From: Octopus sinensis
Lineage: Eukaryota
Reading direction: 5' to 3'
DNA length: 64,000 nt
Assembly: GCF_006345805.1 (NCBI RefSeq)
Contig: NC_042997.1
Location: forward strand, 55,800,001-55,864,000
Part shown: piece after piece, positions 13,661 to 26,763 of the stretch
Position numbering within the stretch: position 1 is the stretch's first letter
Layout: each line of letters starts with the position of its first letter
The notes under the pieces: generated by a model
The model's database searches: none
What the model saw: only the letters and a program-made list of their open reading frames with translations
Told to the model about the DNA's origin: nothing
Translations under genes and position numbers: made by a program

Positions 13661-14395
13661 ACATTTTATTCCGGTGTTAAGCGTAGAATATATTTTCATA
13701 CATCCTGGTACCTGAAGTATTCGTCGTGTCCGTGTATACAAATGATTATGAGACACATGCATATAACAATTGTAATTTTTTTCCAGGCCAAGGTTACCTT
13801 AAAAAAAATGGAGACTAACCTATTTTGAATCGATCTTAAATTTTACTAAATGGTTTCTTTTCTTGAACACTCTGCAAAATCAAGCGAGTTGAAGTTAGTG
13901 GAAAAAGAAACTTGATACTTAAAAGCCCCTACGCAACTAACATCGGAGGCCACCATCCAATTGCTTCATTTCAATGGTTCGAAAGGCGGATTTGAACCAC
14001 CGACCACAGGTGAATAACCTTTTAAACGAAAATAAAATTCCGCTGCTCTTGCTTTTTCGTAATTCTTGACCAACCTACAACTTTTATGTAGAAATTTATG
14101 GCAAATATGCATAGGATTTACATTTATTATGTACATACGCACTTTTCCGCCCACTTGTAAACCTGTGTACTTACATACATATTTACAAAAAAAAATCATG
14201 TGTGTGTGTGCCTATGTACACAACCTCGTATACACATTAAATTAAAATGTCTATATTATAAATGTTAACATACACGCACACACACAGAGAAACACTAATA
14301 CACACACACGCATACATATATAAAATACTTTTCAAAGTATACATGTACGTGAGTGTGTGAGTGTGTAAACATACATACATGCATTTACATATACC

Positions 14396-14473
<78 letters not shown>

Positions 14474-15266
14474 TGTATGTATGTATGTATGTGTGTATGT
14501 ATGTATGTATGTGCATGCATGTATGTATGCATGCACAGAGAGAGAGAGAATTAAGGAGATAGAGAGATAATTGATATTTTTTAAAAATAAATCTATAAAA
14601 AGGAAGAGAAAAAATCTTAGATATGAGAGCAGTAGGTTCGGTCTGTCAGTGTCTAATGCCAATTGTGAACCTCAACCATATTTATGGATCGTATGCTTAC
14701 GGCCTTTGAGGATTTCATGGTTTGTCAAATCTCCATATATCGAACTTCTGTGCTTGTCACACAAGCTTCACGATGTACAAGTTAGCTTTACTTTATTTGT
14801 TAAGTTCTTATGTTTGGTTGTTTAGTATGTTTACTTCTTAAGTTTGTTTGCAATAATTTTATTTATTTATTTATTTAAATACATAGATGAATTGCTTTTT
14901 GGTTATTTATTTCATGTGTTCGTTTTTGTTTTATTTTTACTTATTTTTTCTTAAACCTTTACTACTGAGTATTTCCTTTTACTATTGCTAGAGATGTACG
15001 CTGTTCCCGCCCTGCTATATTTTTTTTTCATATATTTGTTGTTTCGTTTTATTTTTTGTCTTCTTCTGCTGCCTCACCCCCCGACACCACACACATACAA
15101 ATACACACACACACACACACTCACACACTTCGTTTCACCTCTGCATTTTTTTTATATCTATATCTACTCTTTATTCTAAAATGAAGAATTTACTTTTTAT
15201 CTTCTTATTTTATGAGTTGAAAATAAGCTGAACAGAGAATAAACTAAAGTAGTTGAAGACTTAAAG

Positions 15267-15291
15267 TATAATAATAATAATAATAATAATG

Positions 15292-15373
<82 letters not shown>

Positions 15374-15378
15374 TGATG

Positions 15379-15443
<65 letters not shown>

Positions 15444-15454
15444 CATAATAATAA
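15267..15454. repeat. (AAT)n microsatellite
   Basis: Direct reading. Confidence 0.97.
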
Positions 15455-17065
15455 CAATTTGTTACTCAGAGAATATGTGGAAGACAAATGATTGTTTTCT
15501 GCAGTTATGATATCGAGGTTGAGAACTTGTAGCGATTTGACATCGAAAGACCAAAGACTAAAATTGAATACATACACACATACACACATACATACGTACG
15601 TATGTCTGTCTGTCTGTATGTATGTATATATATGTGTGTATGTATATGTATACATATGCGTACGTATGTATATATTTATATATTCGTGCATATATGTGTA
15701 TATACATGCATATATACATAAGTACATACGTGTGTGTGAGTGTGTGACTTTCTGTGTGCTTATGTGTATACACGCAAATTTTATTTTTAACCCTTTCATA
15801 TTCTTTACAATTAAACTTGTTTGCAGAGATGGGGTGCGAAAACAGATTCATTAGATTAAACTAAACTTATCGTTCCATATTCAACTATTCTCATATATTC
15901 TTTATTTTGTTTGACTAGTTATATATATGCCAGCTTAATAATAATGTGTAAATCTCAATGATGACAAACTCAATCTTGTAGTTTGCATATTGAGGCCATG
16001 ATAGTTTGGTAACTTTTCACCTTCTGAAAGAGTGCAATTGTAACAGTAGTATTTTAGTTCACCTGACGCCATATCACTCTAATGTTTACTAAGGCCGTCC
16101 ACGTCTTATTTTGTGAATATAATCTCTGCAAATGATTGCCTCAGGGTTTCATTAAGTAGGTATTAAGCATTAGTTCTAAACGAGCAATTTAACTCACTAG
16201 GCTTAATGGAATTACTGGTAATAAAATTCTTCGCTGTTGATGTCTTAATTTCAAATTATTTCAATTAAATTGTTTTCTATCATGATTGTTGATCGGGAAA
16301 TGTCGGTGGAAGGTTTATTATCCTTCTGTAGAATTTGTACCCGGGTTAAATAGAAAACTTTACCGTTTCATCAATGGTAGTAAGGGATTATTTAGAAACA
16401 CATCCACATCATCTTTTCGGCTTTTCCAACTGAGATGCATTTCAAAAAAATTCATGACTCTTAATATGGATCAATATAAAAGATAATGGTTTATCTCAAT
16501 GGTCAAACATTAGAACGTTTAGAAAAGATTTTAAACAGAAAAAACTTTAACAATTTCGATTAGGAAATAACAATCTTCACAAAGATGACTACAATTAACT
16601 ACATAGGATGTTATACTCAACTTCAGCAGTGTTATTTAGAAATGTTTGCGTGTATGTGTATGGGTGTGTGCCCGTGCTTATTAACTTATTGTTTTAAAGT
16701 AACTTTCAGAATAATAACGAATAATTAAAAAAATCATGTTGACTCGGACCTCCGGTTTCTCATGATGGTTTATTTAACTGATTGAATAAAAAATCAGACG
16801 CAACTTAAAGTTCCAGACAACTAAATTTTAATTATACATACATACATACATACACACATGCACGCACACACAAACACATGCGCACACACACACACACATA
16901 CACATATATAATTGTGTGAGGGTGGAGGGTGCCAGACGCCATTTTATTGTGGGAATATTTCACTTTTGTCTGGTGCTGTGTTATGTGAAACTTGCCAAAG
17001 TTTTTTCAATTTCAATAAAACGCTCGCTCGTTCGCTCTCTCTATCTCTCTCCGTGCATATATACT

Positions 17066-17096
<31 letters not shown>

Positions 17097-17164
17097 GTGG
17101 GTGTAGCTGTGCATATATATATATATATATACCCATATATATTATATGTGTGCATATATATATA

Positions 17165-17825
17165 CAGGGTGCAGCGAATAAATTGTCGTCTAAATTACGC
17201 AAAAATTAAAATAACATTGACATCTCATTCTAACAGATATATTTACCAAAATTATATTAAAATATCTTGAAATACTAAAGAGTAAATTTATTCCATAAAA
17301 TCACCATTGTCTTCAACCACGGTCTCCATACGACTTCGGAATCTCCTGCAACTGTTCTTGACGGTCTCCTTGTTTAAGTTGGTGAATGCTGCCATAATCC
17401 TTGCCTTCAGTTCTTCTTTGGTGTTACAAGGTGTTTTGCTGGTGACTCGCCCAACTGCGCTCCACACATAATAATCAAGTGGGTAGCAGTCTGGAGAGTT
17501 AGGTGACCAGATATTACAGTGATGCGGTCGCAGAAATTGTCTTAGCCATGACTGGGATCTCCTCTTTGTGCAGCCTGGTGCAGAGTCTTGCTGCCAGACA
17601 TAGTGTCTTCCAGCAGCCTCCCTCTTGACCCCGGGCAGCACCACCTCCTCCAAACACTTGGTGTAGGCCTCCGTGCTGAGTCTGAAGCCGTGTATGTAGA
17701 TAAATGGATGGAGGCATAGTGTCGCCATCACTAGGGATCACTCCAATTACAAGGATGATGACTGCATGTTTTATTTTTATCACTCTCAGTACATGTTTTG
17801 GGGACACGGCAAAACATGTAAAAAT
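17165..17825 (-). mobile_element. maT/DD37D (Tc1-mariner) transposon, 3' half with TIR
   Basis: TA|cagggtg terminus at 17163-17171. ORFs give GVIPSDGDTMPP, WQQDSAP and WSPNSPDCYPLDYYVWSAV...CRRFRSRMETVVEDNGDFME. Confidence 0.85.
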
Positions 17826-17994
17826 CTGAAAATTGGTTACATTGATACAATTTTCCACGCTTATTCATGTAAAGCCATGAACTTGTGGAGGAAAAATTTG
17901 ACGTAAAAGTTTCAAACGTTTAAAAATCGATAAAACTGTGTATTTTTAGCCAAAATGTGACAGAAATTTTCTGCGTTGTAGCGGGATCAACCTA

Positions 17995-18330
17995 AGGTTG
18001 TACTGGAATGTCGTATGCACTCTTCCAGTGTGGCGCGATTTCGGCTGGGGACAAAGCAGAGAAAAACGTTTCTGGTTTCGTAACACACTCCACCGAAGAT
18101 GCACTCCTCAAATGCTCGGTTATATTTGCGTCGGTTATATTTCCTCTGTTATATTTCACCTATTTCAACAGTCTTCCCTGGACCACCTACCCGAACTCAG
18201 TTGCGGAGTAAGTCCTGCGCACACATCTCATAATTGTCGTTATCAATGCCCGTGGAACGGAACATTTCCAGTTCTTCCCTACAAAAACGGACTGTGGTTA
18301 ATTCCTTTACCCATGAGTATAGAAATAACA
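17995..18330 (-). mobile_element. Merlin (IS1595/ISXO2-like) transposase fragment
   Basis: Minus strand reads FCREE...VGGPGKTVEIGE...RKYNR..EECIFGGVCYETRNVFLCFVPSRNRATLEECI, matching GGPG..VEIDES..KRKYNRG...WVFGG.C..T. Confidence 0.8.
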
Positions 18331-18642
18331 ATATAGTCCTAAGAGGAAGGATGCTGCCTTCCAGAGAAAAATAAAAATAAAAAACAAACGAACGTGTGGA
18401 CGTAGTACAAGCAATGTATAAATATGTTCAGAGAAGGAAAAGAGTAGTAGTTTTACATTTTGGACATAGCTCTTCTTCGGAAACAGGAAAAATAGGAAAG
18501 TCCAAGATGAAGGAGGAAAGAAAATCGCCAACAGTCACGTGCGATTACATTTTTGAAGTGACCGAAAGTAGAAAGACTGAAGAGAAATTGCTTTCTGGGA
18601 CAGGAAAGTGTGAAATAGGTCAGTTTGTGTGCGTATGCGTGT

Positions 18643-18905
18643 GTGGTAGCGCGTGTATGTATAGTAGCATGTGTGTTGCAGTAACTGTTTCTATGTATGT
18701 GTGTATGTGTGTGTGTATGTGTGTGTGGTAGCGTGTGTATGTGTGTATGTGTGGTAGCGCGTGTATGTATAGTAGCATGTGTGTTGCAGTAACTGTTTCT
18801 ATGTATGTGTGTATGTGTGTGTGTATGTGTGTGTGGTAGCGTGTGTATGTGTGTATGTGTGGTAGCGCGTGTATGTATAGTAGCGTGTCTATGGCAGTAA
18901 CTGCG
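18643..18905. repeat. 108-bp-period minisatellite built from GT-rich repeats (~2.4 copies)
   Basis: gtggtagcgcgtgtatgtatagtagc starts at 18643, 18751 and 18859. Confidence 0.85.
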
Positions 18906-20570
18906 TGTATGTATGTGTGCGCGGTAGCATGTGTGCGTGTGGTAGTAACTGTGTGTGCGTATGTGGTGTGTGTGTGTGTGATATTATCTCTATGTCTGTG
19001 TTGTGCGTGTGCGTAGTGTGTGCGTAGTGTGTGTGTGTGTGTGTGTGTGTGTGTTAAACTCGCTCTGAGAGAGCAGCTATAGTGACAGGTGTGTGAATGA
19101 GTGGGTGTGACAGTGTGTGTGTAGATCGAAGGGTCAGTATTGAGTCACAAGCAGAGGCAGTTTGAAGAGGGTGTTAGAATGGGTGGGTGTGGCTGTGTGA
19201 ATGGGTGGGTAGGATATATATATATATAAATGTATACACACACACACACACACTAACACATACACATACAAGCATGCGATCGAGATATAGTGTTTCGTTT
19301 CTCTAACGATTTTGTAAGAGTTCAAAATAAATTTTAAGAGAAAAATATCTCTTAAAAATCAGGTTTTTCCTGTACAGAGATTGTAAGAAATGAAGGGAGG
19401 TCGGACAAAATGCAATGTTTAATAAAATGAAGATTGCTTCGATTTGTAAAATTGTCCAACATTATGTCGGGGAAGGAAAATAATATGGAAGCGAACCATT
19501 TTATTTGTTCGTCAATAAAGAGGGCCCAAGTAAAACTGTTTACTAATATCTCATGTAGGAACTGGAATTTGTCAGATTGAAAACTGCTGTGTTAGAGAAT
19601 ACTTGATTTTAGTGTAAAAATTATTAAATATATACGTTGCATATTAATTCATGTTGAATACTTGATCATTTGATTGAAGTGATCATTATGTATGTATGTA
19701 CGCTGGTTTGTATGCGTGTGTCTATGTATGTATGTATGTATTATGTATGTATGTATGTATGTATGTATGTATGTATGTATGTATGTATGTGTGTATGTAT
19801 GCGTGTGTATATATGTGCGTGTGTATGTGTGTGTGTATGTGTGAGTGTGTGGACACACATAAAAGGGAGAGCAAAGCAGTGTCTGTGCTGGAGAAATATT
19901 TAAGGGTTTGGGCCTCCAGGCCGACATCAACTCACTCAATTCGATTGTTTGTAATTCAGGGCAAGTATTTCATAGACGACGAACTTGTTTTGTGGGCCGC
20001 TTCGAGCAATTTTTGACTTAATGTAATTCTAGAAGTTCACTGTGTCATTGTCATTAAAATTCACAGAGAGATTGCTTGAATTTGTGCTTTAATTTGATAT
20101 TATTTTTTATTATTTTTGCTGTTTTTTTTTTTTTTAGTTTGTGATTAAAGTCTAAATAACTTAGTATGATAAAGAGCGAATAAAATGGTATGTACATGAT
20201 CTCTCGACCAGCTAAAAATGGCAACCAAATCACTCTTAATTCATACTATACCGTATTTAAAAAATAAGGGAAAGGTCAATGAGGAAATGTGGCCTGGCAT
20301 AAACTGTCACAAACGAACTCCATGATAAGTAGATTGGGTTTTGGTCAAAATTGTTACTCGATCAGAGTTTCCCTGGTGATAAACTACATTTACATCATCA
20401 ACGACAATGACGACGTAAAGTTACCAAATTAACATTCTAATGAACTCAAATATTTCTTTTAAAAGATTTAAATCAATGCTTGAACCCGTAGAGATTCTCA
20501 CCAGAAAAAAAAAGGGACCAAGAAACTGTGATGATATGAAGAAAAATTTTCTCACTTAACATTCAGTTGG

Positions 20571-20980
20571 AAGGCGGCGAGCTGGCAGAATCGTTAGCAC
20601 GTCGGGCGAAATGCCGAGCGGTATTTCGTCTGCCGTTACGTTCTGAGTTCAAATTCCGCCGAGGTCGACTTTACCTTTCATCCTTTCGGGGTCGATAAAT
20701 TAAGTACCAGTTACGCACTGGGGTCGATATAATCGACTTAATCCGTTTGTCTGTCCTTGTTTGTCTCCTCTGTGTTTAGCCCCTTGTGGGTAGTAAAGAA
20801 AAAAAAATGTATTTCGTCTGCCGTTACGTTCTGAGTTCAAATTCCGCCGAGGATGACTTTGCCTTTCATCCTTTCGGGGTCGATAAATTAAGTACTAGTT
20901 GCGTACTGGGTTGATCTAATCGACTAGCCCCCTCCCCAAAAATTTTGAGTCTTGTGCCTAGAGTAGAAAAGAAAAGAATA
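20571..20980 (+). mobile_element. Family-A SINE dimer (full copy plus headless copy with alternative tail)
   Basis: Head aaggcggcgagctggcagaa at 20571; second unit starts gtatttcgtctg at 20809. Confidence 0.9.
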
Positions 20981-21149
20981 TTCGCATGTGATTCAATGGA
21001 AAGTAACTGAGAAATCCATACATTATGTGAATGGATCGAATAAACGCAGACTTTGTTTGGTTGAAAGAGCGCAGATCCTGTTCAGATCTAAGTCCTTAGC
21101 TCTCTATTGAACTCCAGATCAAAAATTTTCATTGGTTGCATGCATATGT

Positions 21150-21560
21150 ATAAATAGTCTGAAGAATTGGAAAATTCCGCCTATTCCTGATTGACTTGGC
21201 ACCTTTCTAGCCTCATCATTTAAGGTCTTAGGAGGATAGCTCATTTACCTTATTACTTTTTACTTTTATTTTTGACATTTTAGTTACTGTTTTTCGTTTT
21301 CCGTTTTCCGTTTTTTTTTGTTTTCCGTTGTTTACTGTCTGCGTTTTCTATATACTGCCGTATCAGTTTTTATGCGTTTCTTCTATTATTCAATTTCCTG
21401 AGTTCGTTATGATATGTGGTTTGCGCCTGAAGAATATGTTTGAGTTTTCTCAACATATGAAACTGTTAGTTGCGCTTTAATGCACGCATTGTGACCTTTC
21501 AATAAATAATATTTATCTCTCACCAAATAATATTTATCTCTCACCAAATAGAGTACTTTT
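21150..21560 (+). mobile_element. Probable solo Penelope-type terminal repeat
   Basis: T-rich non-coding segment containing a hammerhead motif, followed by aataaa and a 21-bp tandem duplication. No adjacent ORF seen. Confidence 0.45.
21423..21475 (+). ncRNA. Minimal type I hammerhead ribozyme motif
   Basis: gcgc-CTGAAGA-[atatgt-t-tgag/tttt/ctca-acatat]-GAAAC-tgtta-GTT-gcgc. All core nucleotides present, palindromic 4-bp stem I, predicted cut 3' of 21471. Confidence 0.75.
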
Positions 21561-22047
21561 TTATTGAATTTTCTATCACGAATCAGTTCATGTATGTATG
21601 TATGTATGTATGTATGTATGTAGTATGTATGTATGTATGCATGCATGTATGGTATAGAAATGTACGTATGTATGTATGTATATATTTAAAATTAGATATA
21701 GGATAAAATCTATATAAGAATTTATTAATCAGTCAGCGTGAAAACCATATAAGGGAAAAATTTATAATTATTCCCTTTAAATACATTTATTATATTAAGA
21801 GCAGTACAACACATAAATACCTCACGTTATGAAGGACTCTTAAAGTCAAAACTACGATAATAAATATACAATGCACCGACAGCGAGGGAATGCAACTTGG
21901 AAGCCATCCCTTAAAAACAGATTCAGCCGCAAATCATATGATTTCAAAGTTAGTGTACATAATGCACTTTCTAATCGTCAGTGCAGACATAATCAAAACA
22001 CATAAAAATGAACAACATTCAAATTTCGTCTGGTATGTTGAATTTTG

Positions 22048-22103
<56 letters not shown>

Positions 22104-22110
<7 letters not shown>

Positions 22111-22385
22111 ATCACGTGATCAGATGTAGTTACACATTGCTGGTCACAATGCGTTCACATCGTTTTAGCCTTCGAATGACGCCACCCCGCTGGCTAAGCG
22201 AGCAGGCCAACAGAAGAAAGAGTGGGAGAAAGAGTGGTGAAAGAGTACAGCAGGGATCACCAGCCCCTGCCGGAGCCTTGTGGAGGTTTTAGGTGTTTTA
22301 GCTCAATAAACACTCACAACACCTGGTCTGGGAATCGAAACCGCGATCCTACGACCGCGAGTCCACTAGGCCATTGCGCCTCCAC
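22104..22385 (-). mobile_element. tRNA-derived SINE (family C variant) within (AT)n
   Basis: Minus head gtggaggcgcaatggcctagtgg...tttcgattccc. The same tail recurs at ~57170-57290. Confidence 0.8.
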
Positions 22386-22463
<78 letters not shown>

Positions 22464-23104
22464 TATATATATTCGTATTGCATGGTCAAACACTTCTCAG
22501 TAAAATTATTTATAAGTATTTATTCATGTTTGCATCGTCGCTGCTCATTATTGATGCACCTAGTTACAGGCATTTGGCCATTATTTTCCCGTGTAAACAT
22601 ACATGATCATGTTTTTCACACTGCTGGATAACCTTTCTATTCTTCATTTTTTTTCATATCTATGTGCATTGACTCTTCCTGATATATGTAAACGTCCAGG
22701 CACAAGCTATAAACCTTTCAAAATTTTTCGATGCTAAGGTCATCATTACCCACTCGCAGAATCTAAGTTCCGGTGAAGCTTTTACTGTCTCTCAGTTTTT
22801 GTTTTGTATGGGATCTATATATAGATATATGTACTGTTTGTTATTGCTATCTTCATTATATCCAGTATCTCTCCCAATATGGATGCCATCACAATAACCG
22901 CAATGTCTACAACTTTTTTAACCAATTACACAACCTTCAACAACCGGCATGACTATCATTCTGTTCTGCGTGTATCTGCCCATGTATCTAGAACTGTGAT
23001 CACAATCCATATCTACTTCCTGATGAGCTTTTCGGCGAAGCAGAATACACATTTTCTTGGATTCGCTGTTCTTGATATATACGGACATAAAATCAAACAG
23101 AAAA

Positions 23105-23177
23105 GCAGACAGACAGACAGACAGACAGACAACAGACAGACCGACAGATAGTCAGACAGACAGACAGACAGACAGAC

Positions 23178-23257
<80 letters not shown>
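23105..23257. repeat. (CAGA)n(GATA)n compound microsatellite
   Basis: Direct reading. Confidence 0.95.
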
Positions 23258-23258
<1 letters not shown>

Positions 23259-23343
23259 CTTGTATATCCGCTTGGCTATGGAGGAAACTTACAGTGGCAA
23301 CGAAACGGGATCAACAGAAAAATATGGACATGTATGTATATAC

Positions 23344-23429
<86 letters not shown>

Positions 23430-23537
23430 TTATAATAAATGAAAAATACATTGAATACTACAAAATGTGTACATAGGACCGATACAAGGACCCAAATCCT
23501 TCCAGTTATCGACCCAAAATACCCAGTTTCGTGCCTG

Positions 23538-23585
<48 letters not shown>

Positions 23586-24310
23586 CGTGTGTGTGTTTAT
23601 ATATATATATATACCTATCTATAAACATATACACAAAGATAAAGATAAATAAATGCACATATACACAACATACGTACATACATGCATACATACATATATG
23701 CATACATACACAGATCCATACATGCGTAGATACATACATACATACATACATACATACATACATACATACATACATACATGCATACATACATACATACATA
23801 CATACATACATACATGCATGCATACATGCATACATAGTAAAACCCAGTATCTATGCGTGTGCAAATAAGAAGACGCAGAAAATCTCCAAGAAAAATAAAT
23901 CGATTTATTTAGCAGGATACTGAATGTATATGGAAATTCTATTTGTTTACGATTTCGTCTTCAAAGCTTGGCTACATCAACTTCCTTTCAGTTTCCGATA
24001 GACCTACTGCGACAGTCTTTTTAACGAGCTAAAACTAAATTCCAAAGGTCTATGTATTTTGACACATAACTTCAACTACTCTACGTGTTGTCAGTGCTGT
24101 TACCGCTTTCTACCGAATAAACTATTTTTCTGGAGGTTGTTTGTTGTTGTTTTTTTTTCTGGTTTTCTTCATTTTTTTTTTTATATTCTTCCTCTCTCTT
24201 TCTCGGTCTTTTCTTTTCTTTCTTACTCTTCCTCGTTATTTCTGTTGCCACCTCTTTCTCCGTCTCTTTTTCTTTTCCAACTTAACTTTTCTCTCTCTGT
24301 TATTTCCAAG

Positions 24311-24397
24311 GGTGTTTCGCAGACCTCTCATGGTAATAGTCAACATGAACATGTCCCTGAAAAATATCGTTACAACAGTAACCGTTTTCAAAGAAAC
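24311..24397 (+). CDS. Candidate symmetric internal exon (87 nt), product unknown
   Basis: Long polypyrimidine tract ending ttccaag|, donor AAC|gtatgt, length divisible by 3. Open as [29 protein letters not shown] or [28 protein letters not shown]. Confidence 0.4.
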
Positions 24398-24400
24398 GTA

Positions 24401-24460
<60 letters not shown>

Positions 24461-24561
24461 GCATATATACATATATATGCTTATATATTCATATATATGT
24501 ATATATGTATGCTTGTATATTTATGTGTATATGAGCATGTGTGGTGTATGCACACACAAAA

Positions 24562-24616
<55 letters not shown>

Positions 24617-25292
24617 CATATATATGCATATATATATTCATATATATGTATATATGTATGCTTGTATATTTATGTGTATATGAGCATGTGTGATGTATAC
24701 ACACACAAAATCATATATTATATACATATATATATATATATTATATACATATATATATATATTATATATACATATATATACATACAGACAGACAGACAGA
24801 CAGATAGACATATATATGCAAAATGCAATATATAGAGATATGAATAGATACAGAAATATGTGTATGTATCTAATGATTTAAGTACATATGTATGGATATT
24901 TGTATACGAATGCGTGCGTGTGAGCGTTTGTGTGTGTGCTATGATATATTTTATATCAGTAAACACGGAGGCTAGTCGGCCCGGGAGCGGGTGCGTTTTG
25001 TGTAACAAACACTCGCAAATATATGCGGGCGCATGCACACACACACATACACACAGCTCGTTCGCACACGCACCACGCACCACGCACACGTAGGAAAAAA
25101 ACATACTAGTAGACATAGATATACAACATGCATGTAGAATACAGCAGAAATTGCGCGTAAATAACAGACACACATGTTCCCTTACATGTGATTACACATA
25201 TTCGACAAATGCCAGCACCAATTTGCACGTATGCATACGCAGACAATATATATTTTTCGTATACCTAATGCAAGTGCAGAACTGGTTGAATG

Positions 25293-25512
25293 CAACAATA
25301 TTCTTTTCTACTCTGAGCACAAGGCCCGAAACTTTGAGGATGGAGGCCAGTCTATTAGGTTCACCCTGGTACACAACTGGTACTTAATTTATCGACCCCG
25401 AAAGGATAAAAGGCAAAGTCGACCTCGGTGGAATTTGAACTCAGAATATAAAGACAGACGAACGTAAAGAAAGACAGACGGCATGCTAACGTTTCTGCCA
25501 GCTCGCCGCCTT
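25293..25512 (-). mobile_element. Family-A SINE (alternative tail)
   Basis: gcccgaaactttgagg...atcgaccccgaaaggataaaaggcaaagtcgac...ctgccagctcgccgcctt. Confidence 0.88.
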
Positions 25513-26571
25513 AAAATAAATATATATCACGATTTCTTCTTTCTCTTCAAGGTCAGTGATACGGTAAAAAATAAAAATGGTATTCAGCCATATTGCACTA
25601 GTTTTGTTGAATAATTGAGGCAAAGGTGGGTTAGAAATGGTTATGGTGGAGGTCGTGATTTGGGGAATCCTTTCCATCTAATTCTCGATGCTACTGGATT
25701 TTTTCGCCCTAATATTTTTATAACATTCGTAATTGTAACAATCAACATTAGCACATGCATGACTACCACCATAAACATTCCTCACAGCCAACACCACTTC
25801 TGCTGCTCAATTCAATTACCACTACATCACCCGCGCCATCACATAACTTTTACCATCATCGCTGCCGCTGTCATTGCTCCCACCCCAGTCTTCGTCGTCG
25901 TCGTCATTGCCATCAGCACTACTACCATAATTCCCGTATTCTTCAGCACTATCATCATCAGCTGCAGCTGCACAACAAGGAAGACAAACACCACTCATCC
26001 ATAACCACTACCTCCAATGCCGTCATCAATAATAAAAGAACACCGCCGCCATCTCTTCCACCACTTTATATCAGTAAGCATTAAGACACGTCTGCTCTTG
26101 GTGGGGGGTGCGCTCTGTGTAAGATAGAGTTGCGACCGGCAGCAGTCGCTGACCTGACAAGCGCCGCCTCTGCAGCGAACCCCAAAGGAGAAAGCAGTTT
26201 ATATGTTGAACTATGCTTCATGCATATACAAGCAAGAAATGGCAGAACATTATGATGTTTGTTGTTATTTCCTTTTACTTTTATAACATTTCTTCCCAAC
26301 CAGCAACCCACACCAAACTTTTAGTTCTCTCCACGTCAGTTTATCGATATTTTGTTTCATTATAGTATATTTTTTCTTTCTTACTGTTGTTTTAGCTTCT
26401 TTGCCATCTTAAGAATACATTTTTTGAAGAATCTTCCTGCTTATATGTTTTTCATATGAAAGTATGCTAACGTGTATCATATACTTTTTCTTCTCATTTT
26501 TTTTTCTTTTTCTTTTCCTTATTTTTTAAATTCCTCAAACAAAGACACAAAGCATCTTCACTGGAATCTAG

Positions 26572-26763
26572 GTGAAAACAATTGTGAAGAATCACATACC
26601 AAACTTTGAAGAAATCTTGCATATTTTCAATATCCCGCTTAGTAAGCAAGTTGGAAGATCTGACATAAAATATCTACTATCTCTATTCGAAATCAGCAAC
26701 TTTTCATCGAAACAAATAAGGAAATTATTGGAATTATTAGAAATTAGCGACAAGCTACAATAG
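26572..26763 (+). CDS. Candidate terminal exon, possibly a degenerate EF-hand-like segment
   Basis: 63 open codons of non-repetitive sequence after tag|. FEEILHIFNIPLSKQVGRSDIKYLL loosely resembles a helix-loop-helix EF-hand. Acceptor is weak. Confidence 0.25.
   Translation: MKTIVKNHIPNFEEILHIFNIPLSKQVGRSDIKYLLSLFEISNFSSKQIRKLLELLEISDKLQ

Noticed and set aside
13975-14030. tRNA gene (ggttcaaatcc T-loop, minus strand)
   Set aside because: No A-box or cloverleaf. SINE heads elsewhere are also not functional tRNAs.
18172-18207. 36-nt plus-strand mini-exon with good ag/gtaagt signals
   Set aside because: It is the antisense of the Merlin GGPGKTVEI coding segment.
23017-23050. CTGATGA-gc...gc-GAAG hammerhead-like motif; similar ones at ~21826 and 51424-51455
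   Set aside because: GAAA core broken and stems I/III unsupported.
25615-26084. His/Thr-rich ORFs
   Set aside because: Decayed CAC/CAT/CGT triplet repeats with no domain.
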